The notes under the pieces: generated by a model | Database searches by the model: none | What the model was told of the DNA's origin: nothing | The model's input: only the letters and a program-made list of their open reading frames with translations | Program-made: the position numbers and the translations under genes | Part shown: one piece after another, positions 12,595 to 24,044 of the stretch | Numbering within the stretch: the stretch's first letter is position 1 | Layout: every line of letters starts with the position of its first letter | Source of the DNA: Paraspadella gotoi | Lineage: Eukaryota > Animalia > Chaetognatha | Assembly: GCA_051294375.1 (NCBI GenBank) | Contig: CM119269.1 | Span: forward strand, 2,472,699 to 2,536,698 | Direction: 5' to 3' | DNA length: 64,000 bases

Positions 12595-13611
12595 AATTCA
12601 AGGATTGGTAAATAAATCATGCAAACTTTTTTATTTACTTTTTCCTCCGAAAAATAAACAAAAATTCGGGTTTTAAAAATTATGCTTAAATTTAAAAAAA
12701 AAAGGCGATCGCTCTTTTACTTTTTTTTTTCTTTTGTTGCTCCATTTATTTTTCTGTGGACATCCATTTTGTTTCTTGTTTATCGTTATGATTATTAGTA
12801 TGTAATTTGTTTTTTTATATTTTTGCTTTTACCTTCACCATCTATTTCTATTAAGTTTAATTCTAATCTTAGCGCCTGATTTAGTTTCGCTTTAGTTTAG
12901 GACGTCTGACAAGCAGAGATCTAAAAATGCTACAAAAATGATGTCTTTTACTTTGTCTATATTTTACGACTATAGTTAATCTTGAAAACGAATAAAATAA
13001 AGACTGAGTAAACCTTAAATATTATTTCAATTCAAAATTTGCGAAGTTTTAAAAAGCCTATAAAAGTACTATTAAAATACTAAACTTTCTATCAACTTTT
13101 TTAACTCTACGTACAAGCAAAAACAAAAGTTAATTAACCAAAAGATTTCTGAGTATTTTCCCAAATTAATTAGCCCAAACATTTGTCAATCAAATCATTT
13201 TTAAGCTATTAAATTCATGAGAAGGTTCATTCAGGCTTAAAAGTCAAAATAAGATCCTTTGTAGTTTTTCCAATTTCGGTGGTCTTAAACATGGAAAACT
13301 TTAAGTTCATGCGTTGGCAGAGAACGCTCATTTACTTTCAATGGTTTAACCCCTTTTCTTTTATGTGGCTTAATTTAAAAGATTGCACTTAAGAAAAAAA
13401 AATTTTAAAACATTTTTACAACTTTCCATTAAAAAGTTTTGTTTCAATTTCAACTTTTTATTTCTTTCTTTCTTTTTTGTTTTGTCTTTTTTTTTCTGTT
13501 TTTTTTTATTTTCTCCTTTCCTTCTTTCTTTCCTTCTTTCTTTTTCTCTTTCTTTCCTTCTTTATTATTATTTTTCTTACTCTCTTTCTTTCTTTCTTTA
13601 TTTCTGTCTTA

Positions 13612-13662
<51 letters not shown>

Positions 13663-13913
13663 TTTCTTCTTTCCTTCCTTCCTTCCTTCAACACTGATTC
13701 CCGGTCGCCGTTTTATTTTCCATTTACATAGATTTTGCATGAACCCCTTTATTGGTTTTTTTCCCCGCGCTGTTTAGTCTCGCATAGACAGACGTCAGAA
13801 ATAGTGTTTATCGCGTAATTTTATCTGGTTGTACTTCGTTTATGTTTGCTCTGTAAGTTTTCTTTCATCTATTTTTCTTCGTGATTATATCTTGGAAATT
13901 CATTGATGAAAGG

Positions 13914-14574
13914 GTAGCCATTAAGGCGTAGTAAAATTTTTAAATTTAACTTTAATTAAAATTCTAAAATTGAGGAACGAACAATATTATACTAATAAAC
14001 ATTTATGTAATAAAAAAAATTTATAATAAATTTGACAATTTACGCAGTAGGCCATATTTATACTAGTACTAAACCAATAAATGTTAAAATTTCAAAACAG
14101 TTTTTTCTGAGATTTTTTTGCAGATTTGGATTCGTCAGAGAAAAGTTGATAAAAAGAAATATAACTCTTTTTGAAAAATTCCTTCATTATTAGAAAAAGC
14201 TATATTTTAAGCTGAAAATTAATTTTTTATATATTAAATATAGTTTTTTAATTTTTAAACCAATTAATGAAAGAATTTTTAAAAATGATTTATATTTTCC
14301 TATATCAACTTTTGACGAGAAATTCAAATCTGCAATAAAAATTAAGAAAAGCCTATTCTAAAATTTTTCGATTTTATAAGGATAGTATTATAAATAAATA
14401 TATATAAACATATATAAATATAAATAAATATAAATATATATAAATATTGCCTACTGTAAAAATTAAAAAAACATAAAATTAATTTTTTTTACAAATTAAT
14501 GTTCACTGATAGTATGTTGTTCATAATTGACTTTTAGAATTTTCGTATGTAACTTTCACTACGCCTTAGTAGCC
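13914..14574. mobile_element. Foldback/palindromic MITE (long imperfect inverted repeat)
   Basis: Nested inverted pairs: taaggcgtagt / actacgcctta; cagtaggccatattta / taaatattgcctactg; tgcagatttggattcgtca..aaagttgata / tatcaacttttgacgagaaattcaaatctgca. Confidence 0.75.
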
Positions 14575-14822
14575 ATATGGAGACAGAGAAAAGAAAGAGA
14601 GGTTAGAGCGATGAATAAGCTTTATTATCTTTCCGAGTTCTTTTTTTAATTTATATTAAAAAAATTAACTCTTTGTGGTTAATAGAAAATCACGGCTTCT
14701 TGCCCTTTATGCCCAAAACGTTCGAAATCATTTGGCTTCCCTTTTTCGATTCGACTCCATCGGCAAAGACGAAGGAAAACTTCGCCGTTACTCATTTACA
14801 TTTTTTTCCCTTTTTTTCGGGA

Positions 14823-14836
14823 GTCGCCTTAGCAAC
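14823..14836. promoter_or_regulatory. Candidate RFX X-box, followed by a strong splice donor at 14891
   Basis: GTCGCCTTAGCAAC fits GTNRCC-N(0-3)-RGYAAC; cggg|GTGAGT at 14891. Motif match only. Confidence 0.3.
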
Positions 14837-15959
14837 GCTCCCCTTTAACGCGAGACGCTAAATCCCTTTATTTCCACATTAAACCCCGGGGTGAGTCCAC
14901 AATAAAAATTTTAGACTCGTCAGAAACGACCCCGCATTGATCTGTCGTAGAGCGAACTTCACTCTCTCAGCTGATCCTTACCTGTCCTTACCCCGGTCCT
15001 TAACTACGTTCTCTAGTTTAACCTCACCCTATTTTTTCTTACCGACTTCCACCAAATACACTTTATCTCTAGTTTTCTTTTTAACATCTTCCTTCACTCT
15101 TCACTTCCTTCCACCTTTCACTCGGCAGTCGGAAACTTTCAATTCTCTCTAATTAAATCTCTTTTCATAATCGTCCCCGCTAGAGAATCCCCAGATCCGT
15201 CTTTTCCCCTCCGCCTGCTTTTTTTTTATATCCCTGAATCCTTTTTGGGATTTGAACGATGCCATTTCGTGGATGCCGTCCCGACAATGCCATCCCGACA
15301 ACGCGGTCCCGACAATGCCGCAATTTGGAATTGACCCCCTTGATGGTCTCTTTCGGTTTTCCTGAGTGGCGCTGAGAAAATGTCGCGTCATTAAATGGAG
15401 ATTTTTTCATCTCCCGAGGCGTTCTCCAATCGCATTTCGTTCTCCCGTCGTCGATTTCTCCCCGTTCTCCACCGTCTAACTCCTCGTTTAAATCCGCTAA
15501 CTTACCTTCCGTCCGATTAGCCAACCGCTCTACCTAACCAGGTTTTCCTTTTAAACCTTCTCTGTCAACCTGCTTGAATTTTTGAGAGGTGGGCGACTGC
15601 AGATTGGGGGAGCGGGGTTGGATTGAAATATCCTGATCAACGTAATATCGATTTAAAAATTTGCTTAACTTAAAAAAACAAAAAAAAAAAAAAACACAAA
15701 AAACAAATAAATAAAACCAGGAGTAGTAAGGCGTAAATTCACCTCCTACTAATTATCAGGGAACGCCTTAAAATTGCTTTAATTAGGAGGCGGGAGAAAA
15801 TGATCTTTTTTTAAGTTAAAATTCAAAAATGGCTGAAAGGGAAGAAAGAGACAAAAGCCTTTTCCTTTATCGTTCGCGGAAGCGAAACTACTTAACGGTT
15901 AAAACCTTCCTTGTCGTTAAAACAGTTTTATGCGAATTTCTTTTTTTTAAACCCGACAA

Positions 15960-16055
<96 letters not shown>

Positions 16056-16887
16056 ACTCACGGATTTCTGCCTGTAACTCACCCCACTTTCTCGCGTAAT
16101 CCTTTCGCCTCTTTTTTTTGCATTTTCACTTTTTCGTATGCCGTTTTTTAGACTAACTTAAAGTTTTGTATTGATTACCAATCCTTAAGCATGGGACCAG
16201 ATGATGATGATGATGATGATGATAATGATGATAATGATGATCATGATGATGATGATAATCATGATGGCCTTTCTCTATTTTTTTATTTAAAAAAAAAAGT
16301 ATTTTTTTTCTTTTCTCTCTCTTTCTTTCATTATTTGACGTTGGAAGCTTAGCGAAATTGTTCGGAATCGATTTTTTTTCTCAACGCTTAAATCACAATA
16401 CAAACATTAAACAATACATAAAATAAACAATACTATACTCCGAACGGTTATCGCGCGTTTTATCTTCTAAATGTGAATAAAACCAAACGTAAAACAACGA
16501 CGACGACGACGTCGATACAAATGCTTTGGGTAGATGCGATGACCTCTCCCCAATTCTCCCGCCGAAATATTTGGCATCCTCGCACATTCCTCAAACCCGC
16601 ATCCCTCTCCCCTACCTCCCCCTTCATTCCCTTTCTCTTTCCCCCCCCGAAATCCCCTTCTTTCTTTCCCTTCAACTCCCCCCCCCTCCCGCTCTCTCTT
16701 CAGCCTTACCCCGCTACCTCGCCCCGTCCCTTACCTCCTGCATTCCCCGCCGATTCTTTCTTTCTTTTCCTTTTTTTTTTTCTCGGCTTCACTTCGCTTC
16801 CCGACGCCGATCCACCACCTTGACCACTCCTTCTCACACCACCTCACTCCCCCTTCAACGAACCACCTCCACTCCCTGGGACACCGC

Positions 16888-16934
<47 letters not shown>

Positions 16935-16982
16935 GTGCTCCTCACTCTCTATCTCTCTCTCGAACGTCTCGGCGTCTCGCAG

Positions 16983-18101
16983 GCTCCAATAGCACTACGC
17001 CTTCGCGGCCGACCTCCAGTTGCAGCGGAGATCCCTCGCACCGCGGCAGCACCGGAAGTCTGTCGTCGTCGTCGACGGCGACGACCGCAGTGCACAAGAA
17101 GCAGTCCAACAACTCCACCTTCAACGACGCCTCCTCCGTCTCGGCGTCCGTTTCAACTCCGGCAACCATCAAGGTGAGTCGGATATGGTCAATCAATCAA
17201 TCAATCGGGTGAATCAATCGATCGGTCTCACAATCAGAGAGAGAGTCTTGATTGAAAGCTTGCAGGGACCTGCTATGTCATTATCTTGTATGAGTGATGA
17301 AGGCCTTAAACCACCAAGGCCTGTCCAAAGTCAGGGGCAAGATAGCTTGTTTATTAAATGAATGGATAATTTTTATATTGGTTGTACCAATTTCATAATA
17401 AATTTATCAAAATGTAAAAAAAAGGAATAAAAAAAGAAAAGAATTAATCAAACATTTAAGTAAACTAAACTAAACTAAAAACTAAACTTAATATATCTTT
17501 AATTCTTCCTCTGGAGACGAGCAGATTAATTTATTTGGTTCCTCAATCTCATTTGCATATTGTAGTATTCCGATTAAGTCAGCCAAGTAGCCTTCAAATC
17601 ACTAAGTAAGTCTTAAGTTCTTTCTCCACTGAACTTATATAAACCGATGTTATGAATAATCAGGGGAACCTTTTTATATATATATATATATTATATTATA
17701 TAATATTATATATTATATACATCCTCTTCTTTTCCCAGGCCTACAGTTTCGAGGACTCAACTTCCTTCCCCTACGCGACTCCCTTCTTTCAATTTCCTCC
17801 TCCGTTCAGTTATTCTTGGACGATGTGGGCGCGGCCGAGGCGCACGGTTCAGTATCAGGTCAGAGACGAAACGGTTCAGTATCAGGTCAGAGACGAAACG
17901 GTTCAGTATCAGGTCAGAGACGAAACGGTTCAGTATCAGGTCAGAGACGAAACGGTTCGGGACCTGGGATCATAACCGTTTGGGTTAAGATGATCTTGGG
18001 TTAGTTGAAGCTTCAAATCTTATGAGAAGGATGAAGGAGGTAGGCCCAGTACAACAGACACTACTACAAAACAAACTACACTCACAAGGTTTAACTTTAA
18101 C

Positions 18102-18158
<57 letters not shown>

Positions 18159-20004
18159 GATCAGCTCCGCCTGGAACGACAGCCTCGAGGGCGACCTCCT
18201 CCCTGGTGACGAGGACGCCGCCGACGAGGGCGCCGCCTCGCCCACCGTCGCCTCGATCGGCGAACCAGCCCGGCGCCCTTCGTCCAAAATCTCCGCGACC
18301 AAAGCCTTCAAACGATGCAACTCTTCCCCTCTGCCTTCTCCTGCCTCCATCGAGCCGGCTCTACCTCCTGGTTGGTGAAATTGAAACAAATTTTTCGATC
18401 GCTGTTTTCTTCTTCGGCCGATCATCTCTCTTTGTTTCCTTGTCTTTCCTTCTTTCTTTACGTTTTCTTTTTTTTTTATTTTTCCCCCCTTTCTTTTTTT
18501 TCTTTTTGTTACGTTTTATCTTATTGTCTGTCCGTCTGTCTATTGCTGACTGTCCTTCCGTCTCTCTAACCCATTCTCGCTTCCTCCCTCCTTCCATTTA
18601 TCTCCCTTTCCCTATTTTTCCCGCCCTCCCCCTTTTCTTTCGCCCCCCTCCCTTCATCGCTCAGGATTCTACAAGTGCGGGCGTCCTCGTTGCCTAGTAT
18701 GCCCGTTCGTGGACGAGCGGGCATCGCTTTCGGTCAACGGGCAGCACCACGACATCCGCGACGCGTTGACGTGCGATTCCGCGTGCGTCGTCTACGTCAT
18801 TCTCTGCCTTCTGCACGTCAAGGCCTACGTCGGCGAGACGGACTGCTACCTCAGGCGAGTTCTCTTTTTGGGGTCACGTGACTCGTGAGGTCACGTGTCG
18901 GGACGGGGAGGCAAGGGAGGCGTCTTTAAATAGTATATATAAATAATATATACTATAAATAGTATTTAGGGCAATAAGCGAGTTTATATTAATATATATT
19001 TATATTTATATTCATATTAACCCGCCAAAAAAACTAACGTTATCAAATTTTACTTGACATTTTCAATTTTCTATGTCAATCCGTCGATTTATTTACAATT
19101 GCAGAGATAAATTTGTGGGTCACCGACGGGACATCCGAGCAAAAAAGATGTTTCCAGTCAGTCGCCACTTCAACCGTCCGGGTCACAACATCAGGCAGCA
19201 TCTCAGGTGAGGCTGTATACAACATTCGCAGCGGCCAACTCCCTCGCTGTCCTCATGAAAGAAAATGATGTTTTTGTAGTTTTAACGAATTTTTCTCGAA
19301 ATTCTCTAACCGAAGTTTGTTTTTTTTTTCTGCAGGGTGGTGGGCATCTACAAAGTACGGGATCCAGATTTGCTACAACACTACAAAACGACCTTCATCC
19401 ACTATTTCGATACTGTGCAACCAAATGGCCTTAACATCAGTCTTGGTGAGCAATTTATTTCAAGATCTCTCAGAGATTTTGGGTGTAAGCTTAGTATTAA
19501 AGACCTAAATTTACTTTGAATGAGATCAGTAAAAAACATAATTATTTTTGGTTTATTATATAATTTATATAAATGTGATAAAATATTTTTTGCGGAAAAC
19601 AAAATGGCAGTCGTTATCTTACATCTCGTTCTGATCAAATGTGTGAACAAACAAAATTGTTTCGAAATAATTGGTTCGTTAAAAGGACGGCTATGGCAAA
19701 GACAAAGACACAAAAGTTATACAATTAAGTAATTGATTAAAAGCTTCAGCCAAGGGAAGGAGGTACCTCATTTAGTCTACACAGTCTCGACAAAATTTAA
19801 CGCTGCATCATCTGTCACCGGGCAGTACCCGCCTTCAAGTGTCCGCGCCTCTCCAAAATATGACGTGGACGGTTAAAAGTTGACAACTCAGCTTTTAAGC
19901 GCGAATGTCGCAGTAGGCGGAGAAAGCGTCGAAAGGCTTCCATCGAGAGGCTTCAAGATTGATGAACTCGGAGAAAATCGATTATTCACCAAAATATTTT
20001 TTTT

Positions 20005-20067
<63 letters not shown>

Positions 20068-20860
20068 CTCCACCCAAACCACATGGCAACGGTTCCAACG
20101 CGTCCTGCTAAACGGTTTAAGCCTCTCAACTCTTCGAGATAAATGAAAAGAGTTGGGAAAAAAGGTCGTAAGATCGATCCCTGGGAAACTTTTTTTCTTT
20201 CTTTCTTTTTTTCGTTAGGCGAAACGAAAACATTTTTTAAACACATTTTTTTTTCTGTAACCCCGCCATTAAACAGACGACATCTCGTACCTGTGCTGCC
20301 CTCTTCAGAACGGAATCAGCGCCCCCGACGTCACGACGGCGACGGAATGCACTTCCATGACGAACACGACCACGAACAGGTGAACATCGGAACAAAGAAA
20401 TAGATTGGACAAAAAAAATAAGCTCAATAACTAAGGAATAGCGAAGGAACTTAAAACAAGTGCTCATTAAATTAAATTCACGTAGACATAGACAAAAAAT
20501 AAAATTAACCGATCAATTACACGGTTACAATAAGAACGAGTCAATCCGAAAACAACCGAGTAACGGGGAATTTAAAAATTGAAAAAACAAAAACAAACAA
20601 AACAAACCAAAAAAGACAAATTTTGTATAAGACCAAAATAATTAAACAGAAAACAAAACAAAACCTAAGTGAAAATAAAACAGAAATAAAGAAGAAAAAT
20701 GAGAACAACAATCCAAAACAACGAGGGCGAAACAAGAAAAAAGAATTAAAAATTACTTTCGATCGATTCGACTCTCGATCGCCCTGTATAAAATTCATAA
20801 AAAAAAATATATATTTACATCTAATAGTATTAATAATAATAAATGGGATTGACTCTTTAA

Positions 20861-20902
<42 letters not shown>

Positions 20903-21162
20903 CTCTCTCTCTCTCTCTCACTCGCAGCCCCAGATCCTTTTCTCCTCCCACTTCTCCTCTCTGCTCCGCCTCTCTCTGTTCCGCTCCACCGCTCTTCTCT
21001 CCCCCACCCCTTCCTCCGTTCCTCCTCCTACTCTCCAACTCCTCCTACGCCCCCACTCCTCCTTCTTGCTCCTCTCCTCTCTCCTCCTCCACCTCCTCCG
21101 CTCCTCCTCCTCGCCCGCCTCCTCCCCGATTCGATTCTTATCTCTTGATGGAAACTTCTTGA
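16983..21162 (+). CDS. Multi-exon protein with Ser/Pro-rich regions and a Penelope-like (Neptune-type) GIY-YIG domain; 5' end unresolved
   Basis: Exons 16983-17173, 17739-~17824 (donor uncertain), 18159-18370, 18665-18854, 19105-19206, 19336-19445, 20277-20379 and tentatively 20928-21162. Phases match from 18159 onward. Confidence 0.72.
17242..17394. repeat. Interspersed 153-bp repeat, copy 2 (intronic)
   Basis: Near-identical to 4106-4258. Confidence 0.9.
17844..17958 (+). repeat. Perfect 27-bp tandem repeat, 4 copies plus 7 bp
   Basis: acggttcagtatcaggtcagagacgaa x4. Confidence 0.95.
18665..19445 (+). CDS. GIY-YIG endonuclease-like domain (three exons; first intron GC-AG)
   Basis: Spliced translation: GFYKCGRPRCLVCPFVDERASLSVNGQHHDIRDALTCDSACVVYVILCLLHVKAYVGETDCYLR|DKFVGHRRDIRAKKMFPVSRHFNRPGHNIRQHLR|VVGIYKVRDPDLLQHYKTTFIHYFDTVQPNGLNISL. 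It contains Cx4Cx2C...TC, VVY...YVGET, PVxxHFNxxGH and PxGLN. Confidence 0.9.
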
Positions 21163-23480
21163 TGAGAACCGCTCGGCCTCTCTCTCTTCCTCGAATCTCT
21201 CTTCTCCGTCTTCTCCGCCTCTCTCCCTCCTCTTCTCCTCGTATCCCTCGTCGCACCCCATGTTCGTCCTCTATCTCCTTCAACTCCTCGTCTGGTCTCG
21301 TCGTCCCGTCCCTCCGTCTCACACCCTCTCCTCCGTGTCGTCCTTTCAGGCTCCTCTCTCTCCTCTCTCTCCTCTCCCTCCGTCCCTCCCTCGCCCCCGA
21401 GTCCGTCAGCCCTCGTCTCCTCATGCGCCCCCGTCGTCTCCTCCGGAGCGTAGCGTCTCCACCGCCTCTCTCATCTCGTCGTCTCCGCCCTCTCTCGTCT
21501 CGCTCGTCTCTCTCTCTCTCCTCTCTCTCTCTCTCGTCTCTCTCTCTCTTCTCTCTCACTCACCCTCCGTTTCATTTCGTTCCTTTCTCGAAAAAAGTAA
21601 GTCCAGTGGTTTCGGAGATTCATTTTTTTTTATCATTTTAATGAAAATTCAGTTATCGTTTCTTAATTTTTATATTTTTAGTCGTTTTCACTTTTAGTTT
21701 GCAGTTGTATTTCCCGATTGAGATAAAGAATAGACGAGAACGCTTCTCAAGGATGATGGTGTCATTTTAGTACTCTGTCTTGCTTGCGGAATTCGTATGT
21801 ACAATTTTGTACATGGGATTTGAATATCTGCATTTATTTTATGTGTATAATAATTTTAGAAATTAATAATTGATAATTAATAATTAATAATTAATAATTA
21901 ATAATTAATAATTGAACAACAAAATGAGATTAATTTTTAACAAAAATTTTTTTTTAATTAAATAGGAAAGCCGTTTTGTATCAAAATCATTTTTTTTCCA
22001 TCAAGCAACATGGGGTGTTGGAGATCTAGCTCGACCTGTACTTGGCAATACAATGGTTGCTTCTTGATTGTCCGACAGTGAAATTGCTAAACTGTTGCAT
22101 CCGTATCCATGTTTTTAACCCTATGTAATATCTAATATCTTATATTTCAAAAAAGATAAAAAGCATTATGCATGTACAAAATTGATATTTTAAAGTTTGT
22201 GAACGAATTTCCCAACTCCGAAGAACGGAGAACGAGAAAAGTGAAGCTCAGTGACAAGCGAGAGATGCAACAATAAGTGTGACTGTTTTTCCCCTATTTT
22301 GAAGTTGTCTCATATCTCAGCTGTGCAAGGAACCGCGATTGTTTTTCGTGAAACCTGATAGCGCTCCATAGATAGTCTCTGCTGCTGAAGTTCAGAAACT
22401 CAAAAATCTCTTTCTTATAATTTAAAATGGAAGATAAATCTTAATTATATATTTTAGGCTTCATTTGCTGAGTTTATTGACACAAATAACATTTTGTTTC
22501 AAATTCACCCAATAAAAAAAAGAGAGAAACAAATCTGTACAACTAAACAAAGCAGCCGAGATTAAAAAGATAAGGAAAAAAAACCACCGCGAATTCGCTT
22601 GTCTGATTAATTTCTTTCTTTTTGATCTCTGCCGGATTTCCAATGTTCTTTCTCTCACTCACTTCCTCCAACAGACCCACGACCCGCGGCTCATTGAATC
22701 CCCAGATCAATAAATTTTTTTTTTTTTATTCTTTACTAATGTTTAGTATACAGTCTCCGATAATACATTCGAATTAGAACGTACAAAAAACTAACATAAG
22801 ACGATAATGAACCCTCTAAACTAATAAAATGCTTTTAAAAAAACAAAGAAACCTAATTTGATTTACGTTTATTATCCACTGGTCTTTCTTTTCTCCTTCT
22901 CTCTTTCTTTCTATTCTCTTTCCTATTCGCCCAAACGTTAACCATCGCTTTGATCATCATAATTGCTCGCGCCCGTCGAGATAGAGTCAAATTGTTTTTG
23001 GTCAATTACTACAGATGGCGTAAAATACGGGGTTTGCACCGTATTTTTGATTAGTCAATATCACTATAAAGTCATAAAACTATAATATATATATAAATAT
23101 TTTTAAAGTTCAAGTTGTTTTAAGATAATTTTGAACATATTTTTGTTTTTGACAAAATTAAAAAATGTTTACATCTGTAAAGAACAACCAAAAATAGTTT
23201 TGGTCTTTCTTACGCTCTCGCTCGCCTACCCATTCAAATCAAAATCCCCCATAAATTAAAAAAAGTCAAATATTGTGATTTAATTTGTGAAATTTTATAT
23301 TATGTCTAATTGATTTTTCTTTGCCCTCGACTCGCCCCACCCCCCATCTCGGTAAAAACTTCATCTGGATCTTCAACGTCTCGACTCCCTTCATCCAAAA
23401 ATCAATTCCATCCCGAAAAAAATCCTGCAATGATGATATTAACAAACATTCATCTTTGATATTTATAACTTCCATGAAAA

Positions 23481-24044
23481 ATGCATCAACGCCGAACCTT
23501 AACATCCACAAGCGAATCGACGGCAACATTGAGCACAACCACCGGACCTGAGGATTGGTGTCACCGAACTCCGTCGCCGCAACATCGGCGTCGCTCCAAA
23601 TCCGCCGTCAAAGCCGCGCGAACCGCGTCGTCGCCGCAGACGGCGCTGGCGGCGTCGTCCCATCACCGTCCGCCGCACCATTCTCAAAGCGCCGGGCGCG
23701 GCGTCGATTCTGCGGGGCCACCGGGAACGTCGTCTCGGACTCACCCCCGTTCCGGCGCCGCTAGAACATCCAAGGGAGACTCTCGTACCGGCGTCGCCGC
23801 GGCGACGGCTTCCACCGCGTCGCCCCGCGAAGGGCGTCGCTCCAAATCGACGACGGGACGCCGGGATTCGACGCGCGCTTCGCGGGCGCCGCAACAGGGT
23901 GCCGGGGCTGGGCCGGCGTCGGGCGGCGGCTCGTCGGCAAAAAAGGCTCAATCGACGGGAAACAATCAACAGAGGGGAAGGTCCTCATCCAAAATCAAAC
24001 GTAGGCTGGTTTTAGACGATCAAGGATCCTCGGACGTTCTTTGA
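23481..24044 (+). CDS. Hypothetical 187-aa basic, Ser/Arg/Ala-rich disordered protein (single exon)
   Basis: GC-rich ORF in AT-rich flanks, like other exons here; start in an aaaaATG context; RRSKS occurs twice; C-terminal KRRLVL. No recognisable domain. Confidence 0.55.
   Translation: MHQRRTLTSTSESTATLSTTTGPEDWCHRTPSPQHRRRSKSAVKAARTASSPQTALAASSHHRPPHHSQSAGRGVDSAGPPGTSSRTHPRSGAARTSKGDSRTGVAAATASTASPREGRRSKSTTGRRDSTRASRAPQQGAGAGPASGGGSSAKKAQSTGNNQQRGRSSSKIKRRLVLDDQGSSDVL

Noticed and set aside
13383-16099. Phe/Leu/Ser-rich 'membrane' ORFs and ERERER/LSLSLS ORFs here and elsewhere
   Set aside because: Translations of (CTTT)n, (AG)n and (ATC)n microsatellites.
17283-17345. SECIS-like hairpin (ATGA..AAA..) in the 153-bp repeat
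   Set aside because: The helix is too short, the 3' side has TGT rather than TGA, ATGA is not conserved in copy 1, and the location is intronic.
17844-17958. CRISPR-like 27-bp repeats
   Set aside because: Head-to-tail copies without spacers; an ordinary minisatellite.
18665-19445. Autonomous Penelope element
   Set aside because: No RT motifs or terminal repeats nearby, the flanking exons are unrelated low-complexity sequence, and catalytic residues appear substituted.
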